From sequence record MF385003.1: a stretch of DNA of 32,000 nt. One strand, given 5' to 3'. Of the stretch, positions 19,664 to 30,938 are shown one piece after another. Position 1 is the first letter of the stretch. Every line of letters begins with the position of its first letter. The notes beneath the pieces are model-generated. The model worked only from the letters and a program-made list of their open reading frames with translations. It searched no databases and was not told where the DNA came from. The position numbers and the translations under genes are program-made.

Positions 19664-19707
19664 CCCATTTAACTTTTCTAATCATAATAATCAAGCCTAC
19701 TTAATAT

Positions 19708-19741
19708 AAAAAGCCCTCTCTAACAAAAGAGAGAGCTTTTT
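19708..19741. terminator. Bidirectional hairpin between convergent rne and psbA
   Basis: AAAAAGC-C-CTCTCT (19708-19721) pairs with AGAGAG-A-GCTTTTT (19728-19741). 13 bp with one internal mismatch and a 6-nt loop. A/T runs lie on both flanks. Confidence 0.6.
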
Positions 19742-19776
19742 GTAGCCTTTAACTAGTCTAATTGGTCAATAAAAAA

Positions 19777-20865
<1,089 letters not shown>

Positions 20866-21169
20866 TTATCAATTTTTTAGGATTTAACTAAGATGCTTCC
20901 CAAACAATACTTTGTCTGTTAATTTTATTATTACTTCATGCCTAAAAAAAGAGAACTTTTTATACAAATAGTTATTAAATTTAATCTCGATAAGTAAATT
21001 GATAATTTATATATTTAATTGAAAAATTAACATATAATAAGTTGTTAACTTTTTTATAATTTGTTTTTTATAATTTGTATTGGTTTAGATATATAATATT
21101 GATAGCGTGTATTACCGCTGCTTATTTTAATTTTACAAGTTTATATAATTGTGCTTTATTTAAAAATTC

Positions 21170-21556
21170 ATGTCACACTTTACAAAAATTCAAACGACTA
21201 TAAAAGATTTAAATCTGTTAAAGCATGCTTTAACAGATTTAGGCTTAATTTGGGATACTAATTCTTCCAATATTAAGGTCGGAGAAAATTCTCAACATAA
21301 AGCGGATGTCTTAATTAAGCAATGCAATTTATCTCATATTGGATTTGTTTGGAATGATAATCAATACCATTTGGTTGCAGATTTACAATTGTGGGAGCAA
21401 CCTTGGTCTCTAGAAGTATTTCTAGATAAACTTTCTCAAAAGTATGCCTACCATTCAATTATTCAACAAACGAAAAAGCAAGGCTTTGAAAGAGCTAAGC
21501 AGGTCTATCAAAAAGATGGATCTATAAAGTTAATAGTACAACGCTGGAACTATTGA
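21170..21556 (+). CDS. ycf35: Conserved plastid/cyanobacterial protein Ycf35
   Basis: 128 aa. [26 protein letters not shown]... matches the Ycf35 (DUF1257-like) N-terminal pattern as I remember it. Confidence 0.7.
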   Translation: MSHFTKIQTTIKDLNLLKHALTDLGLIWDTNSSNIKVGENSQHKADVLIKQCNLSHIGFVWNDNQYHLVADLQLWEQPWSLEVFLDKLSQKYAYHSIIQQTKKQGFERAKQVYQKDGSIKLIVQRWNY

Positions 21557-21568
21557 TTGGTATATAAC

Positions 21569-21651
21569 TGCGGGCGGAGAGACTTGAACTCTCACGAGAT
21601 TATCTCACTAGAACCTAAATCTAGCGCGTCTACCAATTCCACCACGCCCGC
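21569..21651 (-). tRNA. trnL: tRNA-Leu (UAG), long variable arm
   Basis: Reverse complement GCGGGCG...CGCCCGCA. Anticodon stem CTAGA/TCTAG with loop TTTAGGT. T arm GAGAG-TTCAAGT-CTCTC. Confidence 0.92.
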
Positions 21652-21711
21652 ATGTATTTAAAATAACTAATATATCATAATCCATATTAAAAAACAAATA
21701 GCTAACAAAAA

Positions 21712-22038
21712 TTAGCTACCAAGCTTAAATGCATCCACAAACAAACCATATGTTATACCAATTTTAAAGTTATTTACTAAATTAATCTTTATGACACACT
21801 TTTCTTTGTTAGAGTAAACTATCTTGCTGACTAATTCTGTTCCCGCAACTATAAGACTTGCTGCAACAATTCCCCAATCACCTGTTTGCCCAGGTATTGT
21901 TGATAAACTTGTTGAAATAAAAAACCCAAGCAATAAACTAATTAAACCACTTGCTAAGTCACTTAAAGAATAATACAGTCTACTACTGATATTGTTTAGA
22001 AAGTAAGAAAAAAATTTTGAAAGTTTTGTTTGAATCAT
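21712..22038 (-). CDS. ycf20: Small membrane protein Ycf20 (DUF565-type)
   Basis: 108 aa with two or three hydrophobic segments. The GDWGIVAASLIVAGTELVSKIVY segment is typical of Ycf20. Confidence 0.7.
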   Translation of the reverse strand: MIQTKLSKFFSYFLNNISSRLYYSLSDLASGLISLLLGFFISTSLSTIPGQTGDWGIVAASLIVAGTELVSKIVYSNKEKCVIKINLVNNFKIGITYGLFVDAFKLGS

Positions 22039-22148
22039 AATTTTTGAAAACGGAGTCTTAAAAGGATTTCATATATTAATAATTATTAATATGCAGCTTT
22101 CCTTTTTAAACCCGTTATGACAAAATCATCTTTATTTTTTTGTTTAGT

Positions 22149-22658
22149 CTATAGGTCTTGCTCACTTAAAGCATTAATAAGATGCTGAAAAGGTTCTTGT
22201 ATAATATCTTTTCTAGTGATTGATAGTAATTCTAACTCTTCTTCTATAATTTCTTGCAATAGCTGTATACTTCTTACTGTTGGAGCAAGAGGAACAGATA
22301 ATGAATTATAAGTATCTTTTAAACCATTCAAAACCCTTTGATCCAGAATATTAGTATCACCAGCAACTAAGGCATAGCTGGCATATCTTAGATAGTATTC
22401 TATATCTCTAAGACAGGTAGCATATCTTCTAGTTGTATAAGAATTTCCCCCAGGTCTTAATAATTCAGGTTGCTCTTCATATAATTGAGCTGAAGTTTCT
22501 TTTAAGATATTAGTAGCCTGATTATTAATAATTTCTGCTATTTTTATTCGATCCAAGCCGCTTGAAAAAAATGATTCTAATTGCGTAACAGCGGCTTTGT
22601 CAAGATAACGACCTGTCAGATCATAACGATTTAATATTGCTGTTATAGCATCTTGCAT
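22149..22658 (-). CDS. apcF: Allophycocyanin beta-18 subunit (ApcF)
   Basis: 169 aa beta-type phycobiliprotein. MQDAITAILNRYDLTGRYLD..., chromophore Cys context RRYATCLRDIEYYLRYASYA. Confidence 0.88.
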   Translation of the reverse strand: MQDAITAILNRYDLTGRYLDKAAVTQLESFFSSGLDRIKIAEIINNQATNILKETSAQLYEEQPELLRPGGNSYTTRRYATCLRDIEYYLRYASYALVAGDTNILDQRVLNGLKDTYNSLSVPLAPTVRSIQLLQEIIEEELELLSITRKDIIQEPFQHLINALSEQDL

Positions 22659-22939
22659 AAATTAATTCTCCTACTTTGCTATCAGAGCTGTATTATAAAT
22701 TACTTTTAGTATACTATAATTCCCTGTGTTTATAAAATTTTGAAAAAATCTATTCTTTGGCTTTGAATATCTAACCAATATAGGTTTTACATATATAGAG
22801 TATATGCAGTTTTTTCTTTGTTTTTTTATAAAAATTAAGAAATATACTCTTTTTGTTATAAGTATAGTAGTTTCTTAATATAATTAAGGATCTAATGCTA
22901 AATAAGTTTTGTAACATGTAAATAAAAAAAGAGGTTACA

Positions 22940-23305
22940 ATGTATAGAAATATGTTTTTGAATTCATCTTTACGTTTAAATAATAAACAAAAGCAGTACC
23001 TAAAAGATATTTTAATACTAAATCAAATCAGTCACAAATTATCTTTAGATTCAAGAAGTTATTTTCTGATTACAATTAATATATTTGATCAATTTATTGA
23101 TGTAGAAGAAATTTGTTATAATAGTACAGGACAACTTTATTCAATATTTTTTAAAGATAAAACAGCCAAAGCATTGTGTCATACAATATTCAATAGTCAG
23201 CATGTAAATATTTTACTTTCAAATCAGCATGTAGCATACTTGGCTCGCGAATTAGTTAAATCAGAATTAGGTATTCTTTTGAGTCAACAATATATTCAAG
23301 ATTAA
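22940..23305 (+). CDS. Hypothetical protein (ORF121)
   Basis: 121-aa ORF with GAGG 6 nt upstream of the ATG. No family confidently recognised. The C-terminus HVAYLARELVKSELGILLSQQYIQD looks like a conserved motif. Confidence 0.55.
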   Translation: MYRNMFLNSSLRLNNKQKQYLKDILILNQISHKLSLDSRSYFLITINIFDQFIDVEEICYNSTGQLYSIFFKDKTAKALCHTIFNSQHVNILLSNQHVAYLARELVKSELGILLSQQYIQD

Positions 23306-23343
23306 GGGTTATTGATTATGTTCATGTTACTATATATTACATA

Positions 23344-23416
23344 AGGGCATGTAACTCAGTGGATAGAGTATCAGATTCCGGTTCTGATGGCCGTGGGTTC
23401 GAATCCCACCATGCCC
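23344..23416 (+). tRNA. trnR: tRNA-Arg (CCG)
   Basis: Acceptor GGGCATG/CATGCCC. Anticodon stem TCAGA/TCTGA with loop TTCCGGT. T arm GTGGG-TTCGAAT-CCCAC. Confidence 0.93.
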
Positions 23417-23486
23417 GGATGGTTTAATGAACAAAAAGCTTGACATCTCTAATAATAGCATCTAATTTAATATACACTTAAGTATT

Positions 23487-23806
23487 GGGGCTGTAAGGTT
23501 TCTACATTGTGAAAAGATAAAGATATGAAAATGACACGAGCTCATTATTAGAGCTTTTAATTAAATAAATGCAGAAAATAACATCATTGCTTTTTCTCGA
23601 AAATTAGCTACTGTGTAAATACTATTAATTTTTGTAATTCGAAGTGTTAGACTCTTATACACTACGAATATTCTGTGAGAGTTGCTCTTAATATAAGAAA
23701 AGTAAAAATATATAAATCTTTATGTTTTTCACCTTAATTGATTCAGTTTAAGGTTAGTATTTTTTGATTTTTACAATGGACGTGGGTTCAAGTCCCACCA
23801 GCTCCA
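23487..23806 (+). ncRNA. ssrA: Transfer-messenger RNA (tmRNA)
   Basis: 5' GGGGCTG pairs with 3' CAGCTCC-A and includes the G3-U70 alanine identity pair. T arm GTGGG-TTCAAGT-CCCAC. Internal tag frame GCA...TAA at 23571-23618 encodes AENNIIAFSRKLATV. Confidence 0.9.
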
Positions 23807-23881
23807 TCGATTCAACTTTATAATTATTTATAAATTAGTAATTTAGTCTTTTTAAGTAAAGGAAATGGGTTAAAAGAAAAT

Positions 23882-24214
23882 ATGAACTTTATAACACTTA
23901 CAGAGCTAGCCGTAAAACAAATTAAAATATTAAAGAGTAACTGCGATAATGAAGTATATCTCAGAATTGGTGTAAAGCAAGGAGGCTGCTCCGGAATGTC
24001 TTATTCTATGAATTTTGAAAATATTTCTACTTTAAGAGAAACAGATGAAGTATTAATATTGGATAATTTTTCGGTTGCATGCGACCCCAAAAGTTTACTA
24101 TACCTTTATGGACTGTCGTTAGATTATAGTTCGGAGTTGATAGGTGGTGGTTTTCAGTTTCTAAACCCTAATGCTACTCAAACTTGTGGTTGCGGAAAAT
24201 CTTTTTCTGGTTAA
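23882..24214 (+). CDS. ycf57: HesB/IscA/SufA-family Fe-S cluster assembly protein (Ycf57)
   Basis: 110 aa. Conserved GGCSG and the C-terminal CGCGKSF cysteine triad. Confidence 0.88.
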   Translation: MNFITLTELAVKQIKILKSNCDNEVYLRIGVKQGGCSGMSYSMNFENISTLRETDEVLILDNFSVACDPKSLLYLYGLSLDYSSELIGGGFQFLNPNATQTCGCGKSFSG

Positions 24215-24396
24215 TAAATGTTACTTCTGCATTTAAATGGTTAATTTTTTATTAATATATGCTACTCTTTAATTAATCTAGATTTATTCGAAAAAATCTC
24301 TTACCTAAAAATATACAGATAAAGATGTATCTAATATTTTAAAATAGAATTAACATGAATAGCTAGTATATTTTAATTTAGTTTGTAATAATTCTT

Positions 24397-25749
24397 ATGT
24401 ACTGTTCTCAAACTTTTATTCAGTTTACAAGGCTTCAAATCTCTAATAACTTTTATTGCAAAAAGAAATTTTTCTCTTCCGTTAATTCAAATCACTTGAA
24501 ATTACCACACACACAACCAGGTTTGTCAACAAGAGTGCTTGCTTTTGCGTTACCAGAGCTCAGTTCTATTCCTATTAATTTCCGCAATTCATTTCAAGAG
24601 GCAATTGTAATTTCTACTATTCATGATAATAATATTTTTGCCGATGTAACTAATAGCTGGATAAAAACACACAAAGATAAAAATCATCACTCTTTATTTT
24701 ATAAAGAAATTTTTAAGGCTTTGTTGACAAAACAGATCCATGTTACTAATTCACCAATTGAATTAAAAAATATAGATAATAAAATAATATCAGTTCAAAA
24801 ATATATTTGGAGTAAAGGTTTTAAATCTCCTCAATTCTATTCTAGTATGGGAGGAGATAATTATGTTAATACGTCTAGTATATCTACAAAATTTATTATG
24901 GAACAGCTCTCTAGTTCTCCAGTTTTTGTAGTAAAAAACGGCTTTAATGAAGTTATCTTAGGGCATCCTTTATCTAGGATAAAAAGAACAGCTTTAAAAC
25001 AGATTGCCTTTTCTTTCTCAAATGTATTTCACCAGCCTGTAGCAACTAGTCCAACTTCTAATGGTTTATTTTTTTTCCACCCAGATGATGCAATCGAATT
25101 TAAAAATTTTTTACAATCCAAGTCTTTTGAGGCTTCTAAACATATGGGAATCAAAATACAACCTATTGGATTACATGTTGCTTACAAAATGAACAGGAAA
25201 TTTGCAGGAGATATTCAATTTCGCTTTATTCCAGATTTCAAAGAAGTAGGTGACTTAATATTTAAACATCAGAAAGCAAAAAACTTAATTTTTCATGAAA
25301 ATCAGTATTATGGTAAAGATTTTTTTCAAGGTCAGCCAATTTATATGATCCAACCTATTAATATAAAACACCGTAATGGTAAGATAAGTACAATCAAATT
25401 CACAGGGTTAAATGATAAGAGAGAAGTTGTTTTTACAAATCTTGAAGCTGCAAATAAATCGTGGACCAATTTTATTAAAACAGAACCTTATTTAAAAAGA
25501 ATCAAAAAACCGACTTTATTAGTCTACAATTTAGAAAGCTTTTTAAAAGACAAGGAAATATTATATAGAGCAGATTTAACAAAATTTGTTGTAGTCACTA
25601 ATAAAAGCGCATACATTACCACAAAAGAGTCGATCGCTATACCTTATTCTAAGAGCTTATCTAAGCATTTAAAATTAAATATTAAGCCTCAACTCTTTTT
25701 TATTAAACTTTGGATGAGACGGTTACTTTCCACCTTGATGTGTGAATAA
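24397..25749 (+). CDS. ycf80: Large plastid ORF (ORF450; probably the ycf80 family) with a Tic22-like central region
   Basis: 450-aa uninterrupted ORF. No obvious SD. Residues ~165-385 carry Tic22-like motifs (see finding). The symbol comes from memory of Porphyra ORF450 and is unverified. Confidence 0.55.
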   Translation: MYCSQTFIQFTRLQISNNFYCKKKFFSSVNSNHLKLPHTQPGLSTRVLAFALPELSSIPINFRNSFQEAIVISTIHDNNIFADVTNSWIKTHKDKNHHSLFYKEIFKALLTKQIHVTNSPIELKNIDNKIISVQKYIWSKGFKSPQFYSSMGGDNYVNTSSISTKFIMEQLSSSPVFVVKNGFNEVILGHPLSRIKRTALKQIAFSFSNVFHQPVATSPTSNGLFFFHPDDAIEFKNFLQSKSFEASKHMGIKIQPIGLHVAYKMNRKFAGDIQFRFIPDFKEVGDLIFKHQKAKNLIFHENQYYGKDFFQGQPIYMIQPINIKHRNGKISTIKFTGLNDKREVVFTNLEAANKSWTNFIKTEPYLKRIKKPTLLVYNLESFLKDKEILYRADLTKFVVVTNKSAYITTKESIAIPYSKSLSKHLKLNIKPQLFFIKLWMRRLLSTLMCE

Positions 25750-25762
25750 AATAATATTTTAG

Positions 25763-26368
25763 TTATTTTCTCGAGTAGTATTCTACAACTAAAAGTTCAT
25801 TTAATTGCAAAGCCACCCACTCTCTATCAATAACTCCATTAATTTTCCCTGATAAATTAGATTTGTTCAATTCCAAATGGCTAGGAATATTAGCTAATCC
25901 AGGGAATGCTAAGTAGTTTTCCACAAGTTGTTTAGAGCCTTTTTGAGGTTTTACTGAAATTAATTCGCCTGGCTTACATTGATAACTACATATAGAAACT
26001 ACTTTCCCATTAATACAAATATGACCATGATTAACTAATTGTCGTGCAGCGGGGATTGTCGGGGCCATTCCAAGCCGAAAAATAGTATTATCTAATCTCA
26101 TTTCTAATAACTGTAGTAAAATTTGACCAGTAGATCCTTGTAATTTTTTAGCAGCTTTTACATACTTAAACAGCTGCTTTTCGCTTAGTCCATAGTTAAA
26201 GCGCAGTTTCTGTTTTTCTTCTAATCGCACAGCATATTCTGATGGTTTTCTTGGTTTTTGACCGTGCTCTCCTGGAGGGTACGGTCTTTTTATTGCTTTC
26301 CTACTCAGTCCTGGTAAATCACCTAGTCTACGAGAAATGCGCACTCGTGGTCCTCTGTATCTAGACAT
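25763..26368 (-). CDS. rps4: 30S ribosomal protein S4
   Basis: 201 aa. [21 protein letters not shown]... and the S4 RNA-binding domain. Confidence 0.97.
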   Translation of the reverse strand: MSRYRGPRVRISRRLGDLPGLSRKAIKRPYPPGEHGQKPRKPSEYAVRLEEKQKLRFNYGLSEKQLFKYVKAAKKLQGSTGQILLQLLEMRLDNTIFRLGMAPTIPAARQLVNHGHICINGKVVSICSYQCKPGELISVKPQKGSKQLVENYLAFPGLANIPSHLELNKSNLSGKINGVIDREWVALQLNELLVVEYYSRK

Positions 26369-26469
26369 ATTATATTAATTCTCCTAAAATAAATAAATCA
26401 AAAAGCATTCATTAATAAGTAGCTATTTTTTAACATAAAAATAGCATTAAAACAAAGCTTTTTAGTAAA

Positions 26470-26500
26470 ATATCTTCATTAAATACTTGAATGAAGATAT
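26470..26500 (-). other. Perfect 11-bp hairpin between trnG and rps4
   Basis: ATATCTTCATT (26470-26480) pairs with AATGAAGATAT (26490-26500). 9-nt loop. Confidence 0.4.
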
Positions 26501-26522
26501 AAATTCAGATTTTTAATAATTT

Positions 26523-26594
26523 AAGCGGGTAGCGGGAATCGAACCCGCATCATTAGCTTGGAAGGCTAAGGTTTTACCACTAAACTATACCCGC
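26523..26594 (-). tRNA. trnG: tRNA-Gly (UCC)
   Basis: Reverse complement GCGGGTA...TACCCGC. Anticodon stem TTAGC/GCTAA with loop CTTCCAA. T arm GCGGG-TTCGATT-CCCGC. Confidence 0.93.
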
Positions 26595-26660
26595 ACTATT
26601 AAATAGTTGCTATATCATTTAATATAGCACAACTATACTATATATGTAGCATAAAATAGA

Positions 26661-27221
26661 TTATGCACTCTCCAGAACCACATCAAGAAAACGAGCAATT
26701 TCGGCAGCTTGCTCTTCTACTTCTGAAAGTAATAATGGCTGACCAACTCGTGTTAGAGGAATAATTCTTTTATCTTTTGTGCATAGATAAATTTCGCGAC
26801 GTGGATTTAAACCTTCTTTTATATCTATTTTTATAGATTTAATCTCTTTTATATTAAACTTAAGGCAAATTTGTCTATTCTTTCCAGGAAATCCTAGTCG
26901 AAAAATCTTGATAATACCTTTACTTTTATTAAATTCGTTATAGCCTGCGCCTATATTCCAAATAATGGTTAACCATAAGAATGCACTAAGAAAAAGTCCG
27001 ACACTGCCGTAGAATGTCATTATAATACCTTGAGGAATAAATATTAGCTCTGTTAAATTTGTAAAAGGTAACAAGTTAGTCTGAAAATAACTAGATAATC
27101 CGGCCAGAAGGAATCCTAGAGCTCCAATAAAGATTGTGCTAGCCCACCAGTAGTTACTAAAACGCCTCGAGCCTAAAATCACATCTTTTCTGACTGCATG
27201 TAGAGGCAATACTTTTTTCAT
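26661..27221 (-). CDS. ycf4: Photosystem I assembly protein Ycf4
   Basis: 186 aa. The [14 protein letters not shown] motif and two N-terminal transmembrane helices. Confidence 0.93.
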   Translation of the reverse strand: MKKVLPLHAVRKDVILGSRRFSNYWWASTIFIGALGFLLAGLSSYFQTNLLPFTNLTELIFIPQGIIMTFYGSVGLFLSAFLWLTIIWNIGAGYNEFNKSKGIIKIFRLGFPGKNRQICLKFNIKEIKSIKIDIKEGLNPRREIYLCTKDKRIIPLTRVGQPLLLSEVEEQAAEIARFLDVVLESA

Positions 27222-27299
27222 AATTTGTTTTTCTCAAATAATAGTATATTTTTGAAAGATGAAAATACTGACAAAAATTTAATAGGATTGTATGATTTT

Positions 27300-27395
27300 T
27301 TAAATTAGCTTAATTGCTTTCAAACCTAAGAATAATCCTGTTGCTAAACCAAAAAAAGCGGCAAGAAATATTATATATCCTAAAAAAAGTGACAT
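27300..27395 (-). CDS. petL: Cytochrome b6f complex subunit VI (PetL)
   Basis: Not in the ORF track. The reverse strand gives MSLFLGYIIFLAAFFGLATGLFLGLKAIKLI (31 aa), matching the PetL pattern ...Y..FL......A..LF.GL.KI.LI. Confidence 0.8.
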   Translation of the reverse strand: MSLFLGYIIFLAAFFGLATGLFLGLKAIKLI

Positions 27396-27576
27396 GATAT
27401 TATTATTATTATTACAATAGTGTTTACAAAAATAGTGGAAATCTATTACTAAAGTATTATATTACGTTAAGTACTAAGCTGTCTACATGAAAAAACTTTT
27501 TTCATTTTTTAGCATAGTATTTAAATAAGCAATAGCATAATATTAATTATATTACACTTCTGGAGAACAGAATATC

Positions 27577-28038
27577 ATGGCAGAATTTATTAAGCCTTAT
27601 AATGATGATCCTTTTGTAGGTAATTTATCTACGCCGGTTAGTACATCAAGTTTCAGTAAGGGATTATTAGGTAATTTACCGGCCTATCGTCGAGGCTTAT
27701 CTCCGCTTCTAAGAGGTCTTGAGATAGGTATGGCACATGGTTATTTTTTAATTGGACCCTTTGATAAATTAGGGCCACTAAGAGGCACAGATGTGGCTTT
27801 GCTGGCAGGGTTTTTATCTTCTGTTGGACTTATTATTATCTTAACTACATGTTTGTCTATGTATGGCAATGTCTCATTTACTAGGTCTGATTCTAAAGAC
27901 CCATTACAAACAGCTGAAGGTTGGGGACAATTCACAGCGGGTTTTTTAGTTGGAGCTGTAGGCGGATCAGGGTTTGCATATTTACTATTGGCTAATATTC
28001 CAGTCTTACAAACAGCAGGTCTAAGTTTATTTTCTTAA
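27577..28038 (+). CDS. psaL: Photosystem I subunit XI (PsaL)
   Basis: 153 aa. [13 protein letters not shown]...[29 protein letters not shown] is canonical PsaL. Confidence 0.95.
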   Translation: MAEFIKPYNDDPFVGNLSTPVSTSSFSKGLLGNLPAYRRGLSPLLRGLEIGMAHGYFLIGPFDKLGPLRGTDVALLAGFLSSVGLIIILTTCLSMYGNVSFTRSDSKDPLQTAEGWGQFTAGFLVGAVGGSGFAYLLLANIPVLQTAGLSLFS

Positions 28039-28110
28039 GCTAGTAAGGGGACTTGAACCCGTAACCTACTGATTACAAATCAGTTGCTCTACCAATTGAG
28101 CTATACTAGC
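28038..28110 (-). tRNA. trnT: tRNA-Thr (UGU)
   Basis: Reverse complement GCTAGTA...TACTAGC-T. Anticodon stem ACTGA/TCAGT with loop TTTGTAA. The T arm ACGGG-TTCAAGT-CCCCT has one C-C mismatch. The 3' discriminator base overlaps the last base of the psaL stop codon. Confidence 0.85.
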
Positions 28111-28125
28111 ATAAACAAAGATTAA

Positions 28126-28181
28126 CACAAAAAGATATTTGTTGCAATCTGATTTTTCAGATATTACAAATATCTTTTGTG
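28126..28181 (-). terminator. Long imperfect hairpin downstream of ORF58 and upstream of trnT
   Basis: 13-bp stem: 28130-28142 pairs with 28166-28178. There is also an inner ATCTGA/TCAGAT stem (28147-28152 with 28158-28163). Confidence 0.5.
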
Positions 28182-28216
28182 TTTGGATAAGATTAATCAC
28201 CTAATACATAAAAATA

Positions 28217-28393
28217 CTAATTAGGATTTGAATTATCTGAATCTTCAGAATATTCTTGATCACAATCCAAATAGTAGTAAATCGTCTGATCAAGACAAGT
28301 TGCGGACCAACCAATAGGTGTTTCTCCTGCTAACTCTTGCATATCCGCAGAATCATAAAAATCATCGCTTGGCTTATTGTTTTTTGCTTGCAT
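28217..28393 (-). CDS. Small acidic hypothetical protein (ORF58)
   Basis: 58 aa from the ATG at 28393: MQAKNNKPSDDFYDSADMQELAGETPIGWSATCLDQTIYYYLDCDQEYSEDSDNSNPN. GGGAG lies 8 nt upstream. The TTG start at 28408 in the ORF track is less likely. Co-oriented with trxA-rpl28 and followed by a hairpin. Confidence 0.6.
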   Translation of the reverse strand: MQAKNNKPSDDFYDSADMQELAGETPIGWSATCLDQTIYYYLDCDQEYSEDSDNSNPN

Positions 28394-28511
28394 AAATATC
28401 ACTCCCAAAACACTCTGAACTTAAGTTGAAGTAATTGAACTTCTCAATAATATATTAACATAAAATATATAGTATGGCGTTTATTCATTTTACGCTAATA
28501 TATTTTTCGAA

Positions 28512-28703
28512 TTATAAGTTTTTGGTTAATGTTTTTATTGCTTTAGTGGAAATAAGCATTTTAATCCACTTATTTTGTTCTGCTACCCAAATTTTTTTGT
28601 ACTGCAAATTAACATTCTGTAGCTTTTTGGTTCTTTTATGTGAACGTGAAACCGCATATCCATTATTAGCCACCTTTCCAGTAAGCTGACATTTCTTTGA
28701 CAT
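28512..28703 (-). CDS. rpl28: 50S ribosomal protein L28
   Basis: 63 aa. [34 protein letters not shown] is canonical L28. Confidence 0.95.
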   Translation of the reverse strand: MSKKCQLTGKVANNGYAVSRSHKRTKKLQNVNLQYKKIWVAEQNKWIKMLISTKAIKTLTKNL

Positions 28704-28716
28704 AGTTTTTATTTGA

Positions 28717-29040
28717 TTAGCTAATATATTTATTTAAAGTGCTTGCTAAAGTAGATTTTGGGACAGCACCAATCACTGTATCCACTCTTTCTCCTGCTTT
28801 AAAAATCATTAAAGTTGGGATACTTCTTATACCATATTCAGCTGCAATAGTTGGATTGTCATCGGTATTTATTTTAACTACCTTTATAGATGACTCGTAT
28901 TCTTCTGCTATTTCATCAACAACAGGTGAAACCATTCTACAAGGACCACACCATGGCGCCCAAAAATCTACGAGTACAGGTAAGTCATTATTAATAACTT
29001 CTTGTTTAAAAGAGGCATCTGTAACTTGAGATACTGACAT
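28717..29040 (-). CDS. trxA: Thioredoxin
   Basis: 107 aa. Active site [10 protein letters not shown] and overall Trx-m-like sequence. Confidence 0.96.
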   Translation of the reverse strand: MSVSQVTDASFKQEVINNDLPVLVDFWAPWCGPCRMVSPVVDEIAEEYESSIKVVKINTDDNPTIAAEYGIRSIPTLMIFKAGERVDTVIGAVPKSTLASTLNKYIS

Positions 29041-29235
29041 ATTTTTTAACCTTTAATATATGTTCCTTGCTAAGCAAATCTTATCACAATTTTCCAAAAA
29101 AATCTTCTATAGTGAACTAGTACTAGTGTCCAACTAAGTTTTTCTTGCCAGACATTAGAAAAACTTATTACCCATATAAATAAAGTGGTGGCCGAGTGAT
29201 ATCTTAATAGTGATAATTTCTATATTAAGGTTGAA

Positions 29236-29287
29236 CACAAGCAAGAACTTTACGAATAGTTTTTTATTCGAAAAATACTTGCTTGTG
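29236..29287. promoter_or_regulatory. Nested inverted repeat in the trxA/rbcL divergent spacer
   Basis: Outer arms CACAAGCAAG (29236-29245) and CTTGCTTGTG (29278-29287). Inner dyad CGAATA (29253-29258), N6, TATTCG (29265-29270). About 110 nt upstream of the rbcL ATG. Confidence 0.35.
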
Positions 29288-29326
29288 ACCATAAAAGCTT
29301 AGTTATATTACAATATATTTTATTGT

Positions 29327-30861
<1,535 letters not shown>

Positions 30862-30938
30862 TTTAATGACTACTTATAACTGCTTAAACTAGCGAAGTAT
30901 AAGTAGAATTAACTTATAAAAATAAGGAGCATAGAATA

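Noticed and set aside
21051-21078. Tandem 14-mer TTTTTATAATTTGT x2 upstream of ycf35, containing two TATAAT boxes.
   Set aside because: This is a short, low-complexity AT repeat. A promoter role is possible but cannot be supported from sequence alone.
22073-22092. 20-nt perfect palindrome ATATTAATAATTATTAATAT between apcF and ycf20.
   Set aside because: It is composed only of A/T in a very AT-rich spacer. Such palindromes arise readily by chance and would form a weak hairpin. It may serve as the apcF 3' end but is not noteworthy.
27487-27505. ATGAAAAAACTTTTTTCAT palindrome upstream of psaL.
   Set aside because: It is a homopolymer A/T arm palindrome with a 1-nt centre. It cannot form a meaningful hairpin and is likely compositional.
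29184-29215. tRNA-like fragment GTGGTGGCCGAGTGATATC, resembling the 5' acceptor/D-arm of type II tRNAs (Ser/Leu).
   Set aside because: I found no matching anticodon arm, T arm (GTTCxAxxC) or complementary 3' acceptor strand downstream. It is at best a decayed relic, and could be chance.
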